Assembly (NCBI GenBank): GCA_017550165.1
Contig: JAFZQH010000030.1
Location: 77,798 to 141,797, forward strand
Origin: Lachnospiraceae bacterium
GTDB taxonomy: Bacteria; Bacillota; Clostridia; Lachnospirales; Lachnospiraceae
Direction: 5' to 3'
DNA length: 64,000 nucleotides
Below are positions 53,894 through 62,225 of the stretch, piece by piece. Position 1 is the first letter of the stretch. The number at the start of each line of letters is the position of its first letter. The translations under genes and the position numbers were made by a program. A model generated the notes under the pieces. The model was given only the letters and a program-made list of their open reading frames with translations, was not told the DNA's origin and made no database searches.

Positions 53894-55816
53894 CTATATT
53901 TTCTTGACGAAGAGACAACGTATTGCGTTGAGGACGGCCAGGATCATTACGCCTACGTCGGCGATGATGGCGATCCACATGTTGGCGATGCCGAGGGCTG
54001 CCAGTATGAGGCAGACAACCTTGACACCCAGCGCAAATCCGATATTCTGCTTAACAATAGCAAGGCATTTTCTTGAGATCTTGATAGCCTTGGCGATCTT
54101 TAAGGGGTCATCATCCATAAGGACGATGTCCGCAGCCTCGATGGCCGCATCAGACCCCAGAGCCCCCATGGCTATACCGATATCAGCCCTGGAAAGAACA
54201 GGAGCGTCATTGATGCCGTCACCCACAAAGGCAAGGCGATCCTTACCGGTGCACTCTGAAAGGAGTTCTTCCACGCAGTTTACCTTGTCGGCCGGCAGAA
54301 GCTCGGCGCGGAAGTCCGTAAGACCTACATCTGCAGCGACCTTCTCGGCAACAGCCCTGGCATCTCCCGTAAGCATAACGGTCTTTCTGACACCGACACT
54401 CCTTAACGCAGCCATGGCTTCCTTTGAATTCTCCTTCAGCTGGTCGGAAATAACGATATGTCCGCAGTACTCCTTATCAAGAGCAACATGTATGATAGTT
54501 CCCACATGGTGGCAGGGTTTGTATTCTATACCGAGACTGTCCATCATCTTTTCATTGCCAAGCTCCACCTCACGTCCGTCAACCTTGGCGGAAATGCCGT
54601 GCCCGCTGATCTCCTTAACGTCCGTAACCCTGGTCTGGTCTATATGTTTACCGTAAGCCTCCCTAAGACTTCTGCTTATGGGATGAGAGCTGTGGCACTC
54701 AGCCAATGCCGCATACTCCAGCAACTGATGGTCATCTAAAGGGCTGTGGTGAACAGCCGTAACCTCGAAATTACCCTTAGTGATGGTACCGGTCTTATCA
54801 AATGCAACTACCCTGACCTGTGACAGGGTCTCAAGATAATTGGAACCCTTGACAAGCACACCCTGATTGCTTGCCCCGCCGATACCCGCAAAGAAACTAA
54901 GAGGGATACTGATAACAACAGCGCAGGGACAGCTTATTACAAGGAAGGTACATGCACGCAGTACCCAGTCTCCCCAGAGGGCGAAATTGTCTGCATAGCC
55001 GCCCATTCCTATTCCCGTAACCATGATAAATATGGGCGGGATGATCGCCAATGCCAACGCGGCATAGCATACGATGGGTGTATAATATTTCGCGAATTTG
55101 GAAATGAAGTTCTCAGACTTGGACTTCCTTGAAGCCGCATTTTCAACAAGATCCACGATCTTGGATGCCGTAGACTCGTCAAACTCCGTAGTAGTCCTGA
55201 TCTTAAGGACGCCGGTCATGTTGACGGAGCCGCTAAGTACTTCATCGTCAACCTCAACCTCCCTGGGCTTGCTCTCGCCCGTCAGCGCCGCAGTATTAAG
55301 GGAAGAATTACCTTCCACTACTACACCGTCGATGGGGACCTTCTCACCGGGCTTGACAACAATGATGGAGCCAACCTCAACCTCATCGGGATCCACCTGT
55401 TCAAGCTGACCGTCTACCTCGATATTGGCGTAGTCAGGCCTGATATCCATAAGGTCTGTGATGTTCTTCCTGCTCTTACCGATGGCGTAGCTCTGGAAGA
55501 GCTCACCCACCTGGTAAAGGAGCATAACAGCCACACCCTCGCCATACTGGCCCAGAACGATGGCTCCGATGGTGGCTATGGTCATCAGGAAATTCTCGTC
55601 AAAGACCTGCTTATTCCTGATACCGTTAAATGCTTTCCGCAATATGTCATGTCCCACCAGAAGATAGGGAACCAAAAACATTATGATGATAGCCCATTGG
55701 GGGATGTCGATGGAAATGAATCCGTGCTCCCTTCCCTCCAGGATGATAAAAAGCGGTACAAAGAATATTGCCGATATAATTATCCTTATAAGAAGATTCT
55801 TCTGTTTCTTGTTCAT
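53894..55816 (-). CDS. Heavy-metal translocating P1B-type ATPase (Zn/Cd/Co-like).
   Basis: ATG 55816 has a GAGGAA RBS. SCPCAVVISIP (CPC), DKTGTITKG, SSHPIS, GDGINDAP. TM7 Lys (ALGVKVV) and TM8 ADVG are as in Zn/Cd pumps. There is no fused N-terminal HMA domain. Confidence 0.85.
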   Translation of the reverse strand: MNKKQKNLLIRIIISAIFFVPLFIILEGREHGFISIDIPQWAIIIMFLVPYLLVGHDILRKAFNGIRNKQVFDENFLMTIATIGAIVLGQYGEGVAVMLLYQVGELFQSYAIGKSRKNITDLMDIRPDYANIEVDGQLEQVDPDEVEVGSIIVVKPGEKVPIDGVVVEGNSSLNTAALTGESKPREVEVDDEVLSGSVNMTGVLKIRTTTEFDESTASKIVDLVENAASRKSKSENFISKFAKYYTPIVCYAALALAIIPPIFIMVTGIGMGGYADNFALWGDWVLRACTFLVISCPCAVVISIPLSFFAGIGGASNQGVLVKGSNYLETLSQVRVVAFDKTGTITKGNFEVTAVHHSPLDDHQLLEYAALAECHSSHPISRSLREAYGKHIDQTRVTDVKEISGHGISAKVDGREVELGNEKMMDSLGIEYKPCHHVGTIIHVALDKEYCGHIVISDQLKENSKEAMAALRSVGVRKTVMLTGDARAVAEKVAADVGLTDFRAELLPADKVNCVEELLSECTGKDRLAFVGDGINDAPVLSRADIGIAMGALGSDAAIEAADIVLMDDDPLKIAKAIKISRKCLAIVKQNIGFALGVKVVCLILAALGIANMWIAIIADVGVMILAVLNAIRCLFVKKI

Positions 55817-55914
55817 ATAATTTCCTCGCCCATGAGACATAAGGCACCGACCCCTACTGTCTCCATAAAAACCGGCAGCGGAGGGTGTCTCCTCCGTCTG
55901 CCGGCAAAATCAGT

Positions 55915-56133
55915 CTAGATATAAACCTCGCAGTCTTCCTCAACCTTCTTGCAGTTGTCGCGAACATTCTTCATAACGGAGTCAACATCGGCTCCCTCAT
56001 CAAACTCAACCTTCATCTTCAAGGTCATGAAGCTTACGGAACAATCCTTAACTCCGTCTGTCTTCTTAGCAGCGTCCTCCATAAGGTTAGCACAGTTAGC
56101 ACAGTCAACATCGATCTTGTAGCTCTTCTTCAT
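55915..56133 (-). CDS. Heavy-metal-associated (HMA) domain metallochaperone-like protein.
   Basis: 72 aa. MKKSYKIDVDCANCANLMEDAAKK contains the CxxC metal-binding motif. Confidence 0.75.
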   Translation of the reverse strand: MKKSYKIDVDCANCANLMEDAAKKTDGVKDCSVSFMTLKMKVEFDEGADVDSVMKNVRDNCKKVEEDCEVYI

Positions 56134-56189
56134 ATGATACCTCCTAAAAAAACAACTATTGATTATGATATAAAGAACATCTTTGTTTC

Positions 56190-56217
56190 ATATGAACATA
56201 TTATCATATGTTAATAT
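56190..56217. promoter_or_regulatory. Candidate ArsR/SmtB-type operator upstream of the HMA-ATPase operon.
   Basis: ATATGAACATAT-tatc-ATATGTTAATAT. An 11/12 inverted repeat with a TGAACA core, about 60-80 nt upstream of ATG 56133. Confidence 0.35.
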
Positions 56218-56292
56218 GTTTTGCAAGTGCCTTTTTTTTTCTTTATGTGACAAAAGGACCGTCCCCTTGTCACATTCCCTTGTCACATTTTG

Positions 56293-57252
56293 CTAATGCA
56301 TGCAATGACAAGAGATCAGATGCCCCGGCTCAATCTCCCGAAGCTGGGGTTTTTCTTCGGCGCAGATACCTTCACAGCACTCACACCTGTCCCTGAAAGG
56401 ACATCCTGCCGGCACATCCAGAGGACTGGGGGGCTCGCCCTTGACAACCTCGATCTTCTTCGAAAAATCCATCTTGGTATCAAATACAGATCCCAGCAGG
56501 GCTTTGGAATAGGGGTGGGTCGCCTTCTCCGATATATCCTCTCCCGGCATGATCTCAACGATATTGCCCAGGTACATGACTGCCACCTGATGGGCAAATG
56601 ACTGGATAAAGCCCAGGTCATGGCAAATGAAGCCGATGGTTATATCCTTCTCTCTCTGAAGTTTTGTAATAAGCTCTATGATGCTCTTTTGAACGGAAAC
56701 ATCCAGGGCACTGGTAGCCTCGTCCATAATGATGATCTCCGGCTCAAGTGCCAGAGCTCTTGCTATAGCCACACGCTGGCGCTGTCCTCCTGACATGTTG
56801 TGAGGATACCTGTCTGCAAAATCTCCCGGAAGTTCTACCATTTCAAGAAGCCTTCTTGCTTCCTTATCCACCTCTCTCCCGCTGATACGACCATAGTTAA
56901 GGAGAGGTTCGCAGACTATCTCCTTGATCTTCATCTTGGGATTAAAGGATGTGGTAGGATCCTGAAATACCATCTGGATATGCTGCCGCATCTTGTGAAG
57001 CTCACTGCCCTTTATATGGGACACATCCTTGCCGTTAAAGATTATCTCCCCTTCACTCGGCCTTTCCATCCATACCAGCAGCTTCATAAAGGAAGATTTA
57101 CCGCAGCCTGACTCACCCACAAGCCCCAGGGTCTTTCCTTTATAGAACTTAAGATTTATATCATTGCAGGCGGTCAGCTCTCTTCCGTCCTCTTCAAGGA
57201 AACGCTTGGTAACATGTTTTGCTTCAAGTATCACGTCTTTTTCATCAAACAT
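56293..57252 (-). CDS. ABC transporter ATP-binding protein (OppF/NikE-like, with a C-terminal oligopeptide-type extension).
   Basis: Start set at ATG 57252 (8-nt overlap with the upstream stop). Walker A GESGCGKSS, signature MSGGQRQRVAIA, Walker B IIMDEATSALD. Cys-rich C-terminus (CPFRDRCECCEGIC). Confidence 0.85.
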   Translation of the reverse strand: MFDEKDVILEAKHVTKRFLEEDGRELTACNDINLKFYKGKTLGLVGESGCGKSSFMKLLVWMERPSEGEIIFNGKDVSHIKGSELHKMRQHIQMVFQDPTTSFNPKMKIKEIVCEPLLNYGRISGREVDKEARRLLEMVELPGDFADRYPHNMSGGQRQRVAIARALALEPEIIIMDEATSALDVSVQKSIIELITKLQREKDITIGFICHDLGFIQSFAHQVAVMYLGNIVEIMPGEDISEKATHPYSKALLGSVFDTKMDFSKKIEVVKGEPPSPLDVPAGCPFRDRCECCEGICAEEKPQLREIEPGHLISCHCMH

Positions 57253-58033
57253 AGCGCGCACCTCCCAAAGACGGCACAGCATCCATAAGCATGGTCGTAT
57301 AAGGATTGGTGGACTTATTGAGTATCTGGTCACGATCGCCCTGTTCGACGATCTCTCCATCCTTCATGACCACTATCTTATCGCCCATGTATGCCGCAAC
57401 ACCTATATTATGTGTAACAATGATTATACTTGTCCCGTACTCATCCCGAAGTTCCATCATCTGACGGACTATCTGGGCCTGAGTAGTAACATCCAATGCG
57501 GATGTGGGCTCATCTGCCAGCAGGAGCTTGGGCTGGTATGTCATACCCATGGCTATCCCGACACGCTGGCGCATACCGCCTGATAACTGGAAAGGATATG
57601 ATCTCATAACACGTTCCGAATCAGGAAGGCGCATGCGTTCAAGCATCATTTTCCCCTTTTCCCATGCATCCTTCTTGGTTATCTTCTCATGAGTCCTGAT
57701 ATACTCCACGTATGTGTGTCCGATCCTCCGGGTCTGGTTCATCATGGCACCGGAATCCTGAAAGATCATGGAGATATCATGACCCCTTAAGTCCCTCCAG
57801 TGCTTCCTGTCGAACCGAAGGAGGTTCTGTCCGTCATAGAATATATCACCGGCCGTAACCTGACCCTGTCCGGAGAGAAGACCCAGTACCGCACGGATAA
57901 CGGTGGTCTTGCCGCTTCCGGACTCACCTACTATACTGCAGATCTCCCCCTCGTCAAGAGTGAGGTTGCAGTCCTTTACTATAAGCATCTTGCCGTAGGA
58001 GATGTCAACATGCTTAAGCTCTAATAGTGCCAT
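57245..58033 (-). CDS. ABC transporter ATP-binding protein (OppD/NikD-like).
   Basis: Walker A GESGSGKTT, signature LSGGMRQRVGIA, Walker B LLADEPTSALD. Confidence 0.85.
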   Translation of the reverse strand: MALLELKHVDISYGKMLIVKDCNLTLDEGEICSIVGESGSGKTTVIRAVLGLLSGQGQVTAGDIFYDGQNLLRFDRKHWRDLRGHDISMIFQDSGAMMNQTRRIGHTYVEYIRTHEKITKKDAWEKGKMMLERMRLPDSERVMRSYPFQLSGGMRQRVGIAMGMTYQPKLLLADEPTSALDVTTQAQIVRQMMELRDEYGTSIIIVTHNIGVAAYMGDKIVVMKDGEIVEQGDRDQILNKSTNPYTTMLMDAVPSLGGARYV

Positions 58034-58047
58034 TGCTGATACCTCCT

Positions 58048-58890
58048 TTATTCTGCTGTCTTAGGATCCAGGATGTCGCGCAGTGAATCTCCCAGCATGT
58101 TAAATATTACAACCGTGATAAATATGGCAAGGCCGGGGAATATCATCATCCAGGGTGCATATTGGATATAGTTACGTCCTTCATTAAGCATATAGCCCCA
58201 TTCCGGCGTAGGAGGCGTTGCTCCGAACCCCAGGAATGAAAGAGCTGCCAGCTCCATCATCATGGTTCCCACGTCAGTTGCTGCCGTGATCACAAGGGTA
58301 GGCAGCGCATTGGGAAGCATGTATTTGCGCAGCATGTATCCGGTCTTGGAGCCGGTAACCGTGGCTGCTGCCACATAGTCCGTATGCCTTATCTTCATGG
58401 TAAGGCTTCGGGCAAGCCTCGCGTACTTAGGCCAACTGACCAGAGAAATGGCTATAATGGCATTGATCGTACTGGTTCCCATTATTCCCGCTACTGCAAT
58501 GGCAAGGACCAGGCCGGGGAAGGCCATCATCATATCTGCGATACGCATGATAACGGCATCAAGGATACCTCCGAAATATCCTGCCAGAACTCCGAGGATA
58601 GTCCCCACGATGAAAATGATGATTATAAGTGCAAATGTAGCCGAAAGGGATACCCTTGCTCCATACATTACCCTTGTGAAAACATCCCTGCCCATCTTAT
58701 CCGTACCGAAGGGGTGTGCATCGTTAGGCGCCAGAATGGCGTCTGCCAGGTTACCCTTGGTGGGATCGGCTCCTCCTGTTATGACAGGAGCAAGTATAGC
58801 CATAATGATAACTACAATACCAAGAAAGGCAAATATGGTAAATGAGGGGTATCTCAAAAAAAAGTTCTTTTTCTTTTCCATACTTATCAC
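58048..58890 (-). CDS. ABC transporter permease (OppC/NikC-like).
   Basis: 280 aa with 6 predicted TM segments. GTGA overlap with the upstream permease gene. ATG 58881 is an alternative start. Confidence 0.8.
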   Translation of the reverse strand: MISMEKKKNFFLRYPSFTIFAFLGIVVIIMAILAPVITGGADPTKGNLADAILAPNDAHPFGTDKMGRDVFTRVMYGARVSLSATFALIIIIFIVGTILGVLAGYFGGILDAVIMRIADMMMAFPGLVLAIAVAGIMGTSTINAIIAISLVSWPKYARLARSLTMKIRHTDYVAAATVTGSKTGYMLRKYMLPNALPTLVITAATDVGTMMMELAALSFLGFGATPPTPEWGYMLNEGRNYIQYAPWMMIFPGLAIFITVVIFNMLGDSLRDILDPKTAE

Positions 58891-59825
58891 CGCCTTATCC
58901 TGATCCTGGGATCAATATAGTTATATGAGATGTCAACTATGAGGTTGACCACCATGTATATCACCGATACCCATAGAACGTAGCCCTGTATCAGATAATA
59001 ATCCGAAGACTTGATGGCATTGACTGCAAGATTGCCCAACCCCGGGTACGAAAACACAACTTCAACAACACTGGTTCCTCCAAGCAGCGATCCGATGGAG
59101 ATACCCAGCATGGTGATAAGGGGCAGGAATGAATTGGGAAGAACGTTAAACCATAATATCTTCCACTCCGGAACACCTCTTGCCCTAAGACCTACAACAT
59201 AATCAGAGCCAAGCTCCTCCAATACGGCCGTACGAACCTGTCTCGTATACTTTGCCGACATGGCGATGGCAAGTGTCACCGCCGGCAGGATCAGATCCTG
59301 GAAAGAGCCGGATGACGCCACCACATTAAACCAGCGCAATTGAACACAGAAGAATAATATGAGCATAAGCCCTACCCAGAAGTTGGGGAGTGACACCCCG
59401 AAAAAGGTCACTGCCCGGACCACATAATCTATGGGTTTATTCCGGTAGACCGCAGAAAGTATGCCCAATGGCACCGAGATAATGATCATTATCACCAGCG
59501 ATGCGATGGTCAGCTGCAGCGTCGGCCAAAGCCTTGCCATCAGCAACTCACCTACCGGTTTGTCCAAACTGTAGGATTCACCGAAATCCCCATGAAGGCA
59601 TCCGGCTATCCATCTCCCGTACCTTACAAAGAACGGGTCATTGAACCCCATCGCCTCCCGTGCCTCTTCAATCTGTGCTTCCGTAGGCTGTATCCCTGTT
59701 GAAAGGAACATATTCCTTACAGGATCTCCGGGAGACATGTATGTAAGCAGGAATGTAAGAAAACTGATACCTATAAGAACTATAAGCATCTGAAGAAGTC
59801 TGTTCCCAAGCTTCTTAATACTCAA
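58887..59825 (-). CDS. ABC transporter permease (OppB/NikB-like).
   Basis: 312 aa. YMSPGDPVRNMF N-terminal motif. TTG start with GGGAGGG RBS. Confidence 0.8.
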   Translation of the reverse strand: MSIKKLGNRLLQMLIVLIGISFLTFLLTYMSPGDPVRNMFLSTGIQPTEAQIEEAREAMGFNDPFFVRYGRWIAGCLHGDFGESYSLDKPVGELLMARLWPTLQLTIASLVIMIIISVPLGILSAVYRNKPIDYVVRAVTFFGVSLPNFWVGLMLILFFCVQLRWFNVVASSGSFQDLILPAVTLAIAMSAKYTRQVRTAVLEELGSDYVVGLRARGVPEWKILWFNVLPNSFLPLITMLGISIGSLLGGTSVVEVVFSYPGLGNLAVNAIKSSDYYLIQGYVLWVSVIYMVVNLIVDISYNYIDPRIRIRR

Positions 59826-60001
59826 TTTCTTTCCCTCCCATCTGTAAACTTATAAATGGTCTCTACTATCCGATATGATCATATACCCGGGCTTTGCCAT
59901 ATCCTGACCATATGATCGTACCGGATAAAGAAAACTAATCAATTCCGAGGGCGCCATAAGCGCCCCCGAAACTGAATGATAAACTGATATACGTCTGTTG
60001 A

Positions 60002-61639
60002 TTAATTAGCAGGAGCTATGTCAACTGTTACCCAATAGAAGTCCATGGGATACATCTGAACTCCCTTTACATTCTTGGAATATGCCATGGATGCTGTGTA
60101 GTATCCGTCTACTATCATTGCAGCATCGTCAAGAAGGATCTGCTGCATTTTCTCGATGATAGCCGGACGCTTTGAGGTATCCATTTCCTTCTGAAGCTCC
60201 TCATAAAGCTTGTCATACTCATCATTCTTGTATGCACAGTAGTTAGCTTCAGACTTGCTGTACCAGTTGTCAAGGAAGGCTTCCGGATCTCCTGTGGGAA
60301 CTGTCTGCCAGTTGTTGTTGTTAAGGTCATACTCACCTGCTGTAAGCTTGCTCCACTGATCATCTCCTGAACCGTAGTCAGCAGTTACCTTGATGCCAAC
60401 TTCCTTCAGATACTGGATATAAGCATCTGAGAAATCATTGAGAAGACGGCTCTCATAAGATACAAGCTTAAGGTCGATCTCTTTACCGTCTACCTCACGG
60501 TTTCCGTCTCCGTTAGTATCCTTGATACCTGCATCGTCAAGGATCTTCTTAGCCTTCTCAACATCATACTTGTAGGGATCGTTTGCATTGATCTTATCGC
60601 TTCCGTAACTTAAGGTTGTGGGAAGGATAGCAGCACCTGCTACATATAATCCGCCGATGGTGTTGGACTTGCAGATCGCTTCATTATCAATTGCAGTAAG
60701 GATAGCCTGGCGAAGAGCCTTGTTCTTCAATACACCCTTCTGGTTCATGTACGCAAATCCTGTACGGATACCTGCTCCGATATCAAGTGTAAAGTTGGAG
60801 TCGGCCTGGATTGACTGGATATCTGCTGCATTGGAGATATTCTCAACGAAATCAACCTGTCCTGACTTCAGTGCATTAGCCTTTGCTGCTGCATCTGCCA
60901 TGAATATGATGGAAAGGTTTTCATAAGGAACGGTGCCTCCCCAATAATTCTTGTTAGCTTCCATCTCGAAACCAACCTGATCCTTGAATGACTTTACTAC
61001 ATAGGGACCTGTACCGATGATTCCTGTATCAAAATCTGTAGTCTCTTTAACATTAACGATGGTCGTAATAGGCTGAGCAAGGTTTGCTGCCAGGTTCAAT
61101 ACGGCATTAGGTAATGTGATGGTAAGAGTGTTAGCTGCATCATCAGCTTTTACTTCTGCCTCGTAGGGAAGATATTTCTTGATATTTCCGCCTTTTTCGA
61201 TCTTAGCATCATTCTTTGCCTGCTCACGAACCCAGTCAAGGGATTCCTTAACCTTTGTAGCAGTCATATCTGTTCCGTTGGAGAACTTAACGCCCTTCTT
61301 CAGAGTGATGGTCCAGGTCTTGTGATCGTCTGAACCCTCACACTTCTCAGCAAGCCAGGGTTGAACAGTAGCCTGCTTGTCAAACTTGAATAATGTCTCT
61401 CCCACACCTATACGCATGCAGTTCCATGCAGTATTTGTCTCAAGAGACGGGTTGATCTTACCGTTACTGAATGTTGTACATCCGAACTTCAGTGTCTTGC
61501 TTGATGCTGCAGCACCTGACGCTGCACCTGAGCCTGACGCTGCTGCAGATGATCCGGTGGTTCCTCCGCCACCGCCGCAGCCTGCAAGCATTGCCACGGT
61601 CAAAAGACCGCAGATCACAGTTGTGATTCTTTTTTTCAT
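60002..61639 (-). CDS. ABC transporter substrate-binding lipoprotein, family 5 (peptide/nickel/opine).
   Basis: Start set at ATG 61639 (MKKRITTVICGLLTVAMLAGCGG lipobox). Gly/Ser/Ala linker followed by a family-5 SBP body. Confidence 0.8.
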   Translation of the reverse strand: MKKRITTVICGLLTVAMLAGCGGGGGTTGSSAAASGSGAASGAAASSKTLKFGCTTFSNGKINPSLETNTAWNCMRIGVGETLFKFDKQATVQPWLAEKCEGSDDHKTWTITLKKGVKFSNGTDMTATKVKESLDWVREQAKNDAKIEKGGNIKKYLPYEAEVKADDAANTLTITLPNAVLNLAANLAQPITTIVNVKETTDFDTGIIGTGPYVVKSFKDQVGFEMEANKNYWGGTVPYENLSIIFMADAAAKANALKSGQVDFVENISNAADIQSIQADSNFTLDIGAGIRTGFAYMNQKGVLKNKALRQAILTAIDNEAICKSNTIGGLYVAGAAILPTTLSYGSDKINANDPYKYDVEKAKKILDDAGIKDTNGDGNREVDGKEIDLKLVSYESRLLNDFSDAYIQYLKEVGIKVTADYGSGDDQWSKLTAGEYDLNNNNWQTVPTGDPEAFLDNWYSKSEANYCAYKNDEYDKLYEELQKEMDTSKRPAIIEKMQQILLDDAAMIVDGYYTASMAYSKNVKGVQMYPMDFYWVTVDIAPAN

Positions 61640-61698
61640 CTTCTTTACCTTCCTTTTTCCTTTGTTGATCTTAAATGATCCTGCAGAGCAATACACGC

Positions 61699-61728
61699 AA
61701 AAAAACCGCATACCTCTCGGTATACGGT
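61699..61728 (-). terminator. Intrinsic terminator in the leader, acting as the expression platform of the cobalamin riboswitch.
   Basis: On the minus strand: ACCGTATACC-gaga-GGTATGCGGT followed by TTTTTT, 60 nt upstream of the SBP start codon. Confidence 0.75.
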
Positions 61729-61869
61729 AACTTGCCTGCAACAATGATCCCTCGGTCCGCCGCGCAACCCTCCCAGAGGGAAAACTCCCATCTTCCCAAT
61801 CAGGCGGACTCCGTAACGAAACCGGTCATCGATATGTGCCAGCACCACCCTGCCTCGAGGTTTAAATGC

Positions 61870-62016
61870 TTACAAACAGAAAGCAGGTCTCCTGACTTGT
61901 GAGACTGAATCCGCCGCGCCTTCCCATATGAGTTGACCTCACACAGTGGCATGATACGGCAGATAACTCACTTACAGTTGCGGGACAGTTCAGGATTCTC
62001 ACCTGATTCCCTTTTC
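61870..62016 (-). ncRNA. Cobalamin (B12) riboswitch aptamer.
   Basis: The minus strand reads AAAAGGGAATCAGGTGAGAATCCTGAACTGTCCCGCAACTGTAAGT...GCCACTG...GGGAAGGCG...CAAGTCAGGAGACCTGC. This is the classic conserved core plus the B12 box (61883-61897). A possible TTGACT-17-TAGGTT promoter lies at 62064-62092. The ends are approximate. Confidence 0.85.
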
Positions 62017-62117
62017 ACGTGCATTGCACGCACTTCCTGTCGTTTTGCCGATTACTCGTCCCTAACCTAGCACAAAAGTGCCAAAAAGTCAAGAGTTATC
62101 TGATATTTCACCCAATC

Positions 62118-62146
62118 TTGACGCAATTTGCTCAATATGGTATCTT
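62118..62146 (+). promoter_or_regulatory. Putative sigma-A promoter of trkH.
   Basis: TTGACG, 17-nt spacer, (TGG)TATCTT, about 80 nt upstream of GTG 62226. Confidence 0.35.
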
Positions 62147-62225
62147 AATACCGAACCTCAATCGGTTAACGCAACATTTGTATGAACGGGGTTTTTCCTT
62201 TAAGGGTAAAGGGGAGTTTAATAAG

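Noticed and set aside
59944-59970. GC-rich hairpin (GGGCGC-cataa-GCGCCC) between the SBP and first permease gene of the B12-regulated operon.
   Set aside because: It is likely an ordinary intra-operon stabiliser or attenuator, common after SBP genes. There is no T-run and nothing else distinctive.
62020-62225. Possible ydaO/kimA-type c-di-AMP riboswitch upstream of trkH.
   Set aside because: The predicted promoter leaves a leader of about 80 nt with a single small hairpin (AACCGA/TCGGTT). None of the pseudo-two-fold ydaO conserved segments are visible.
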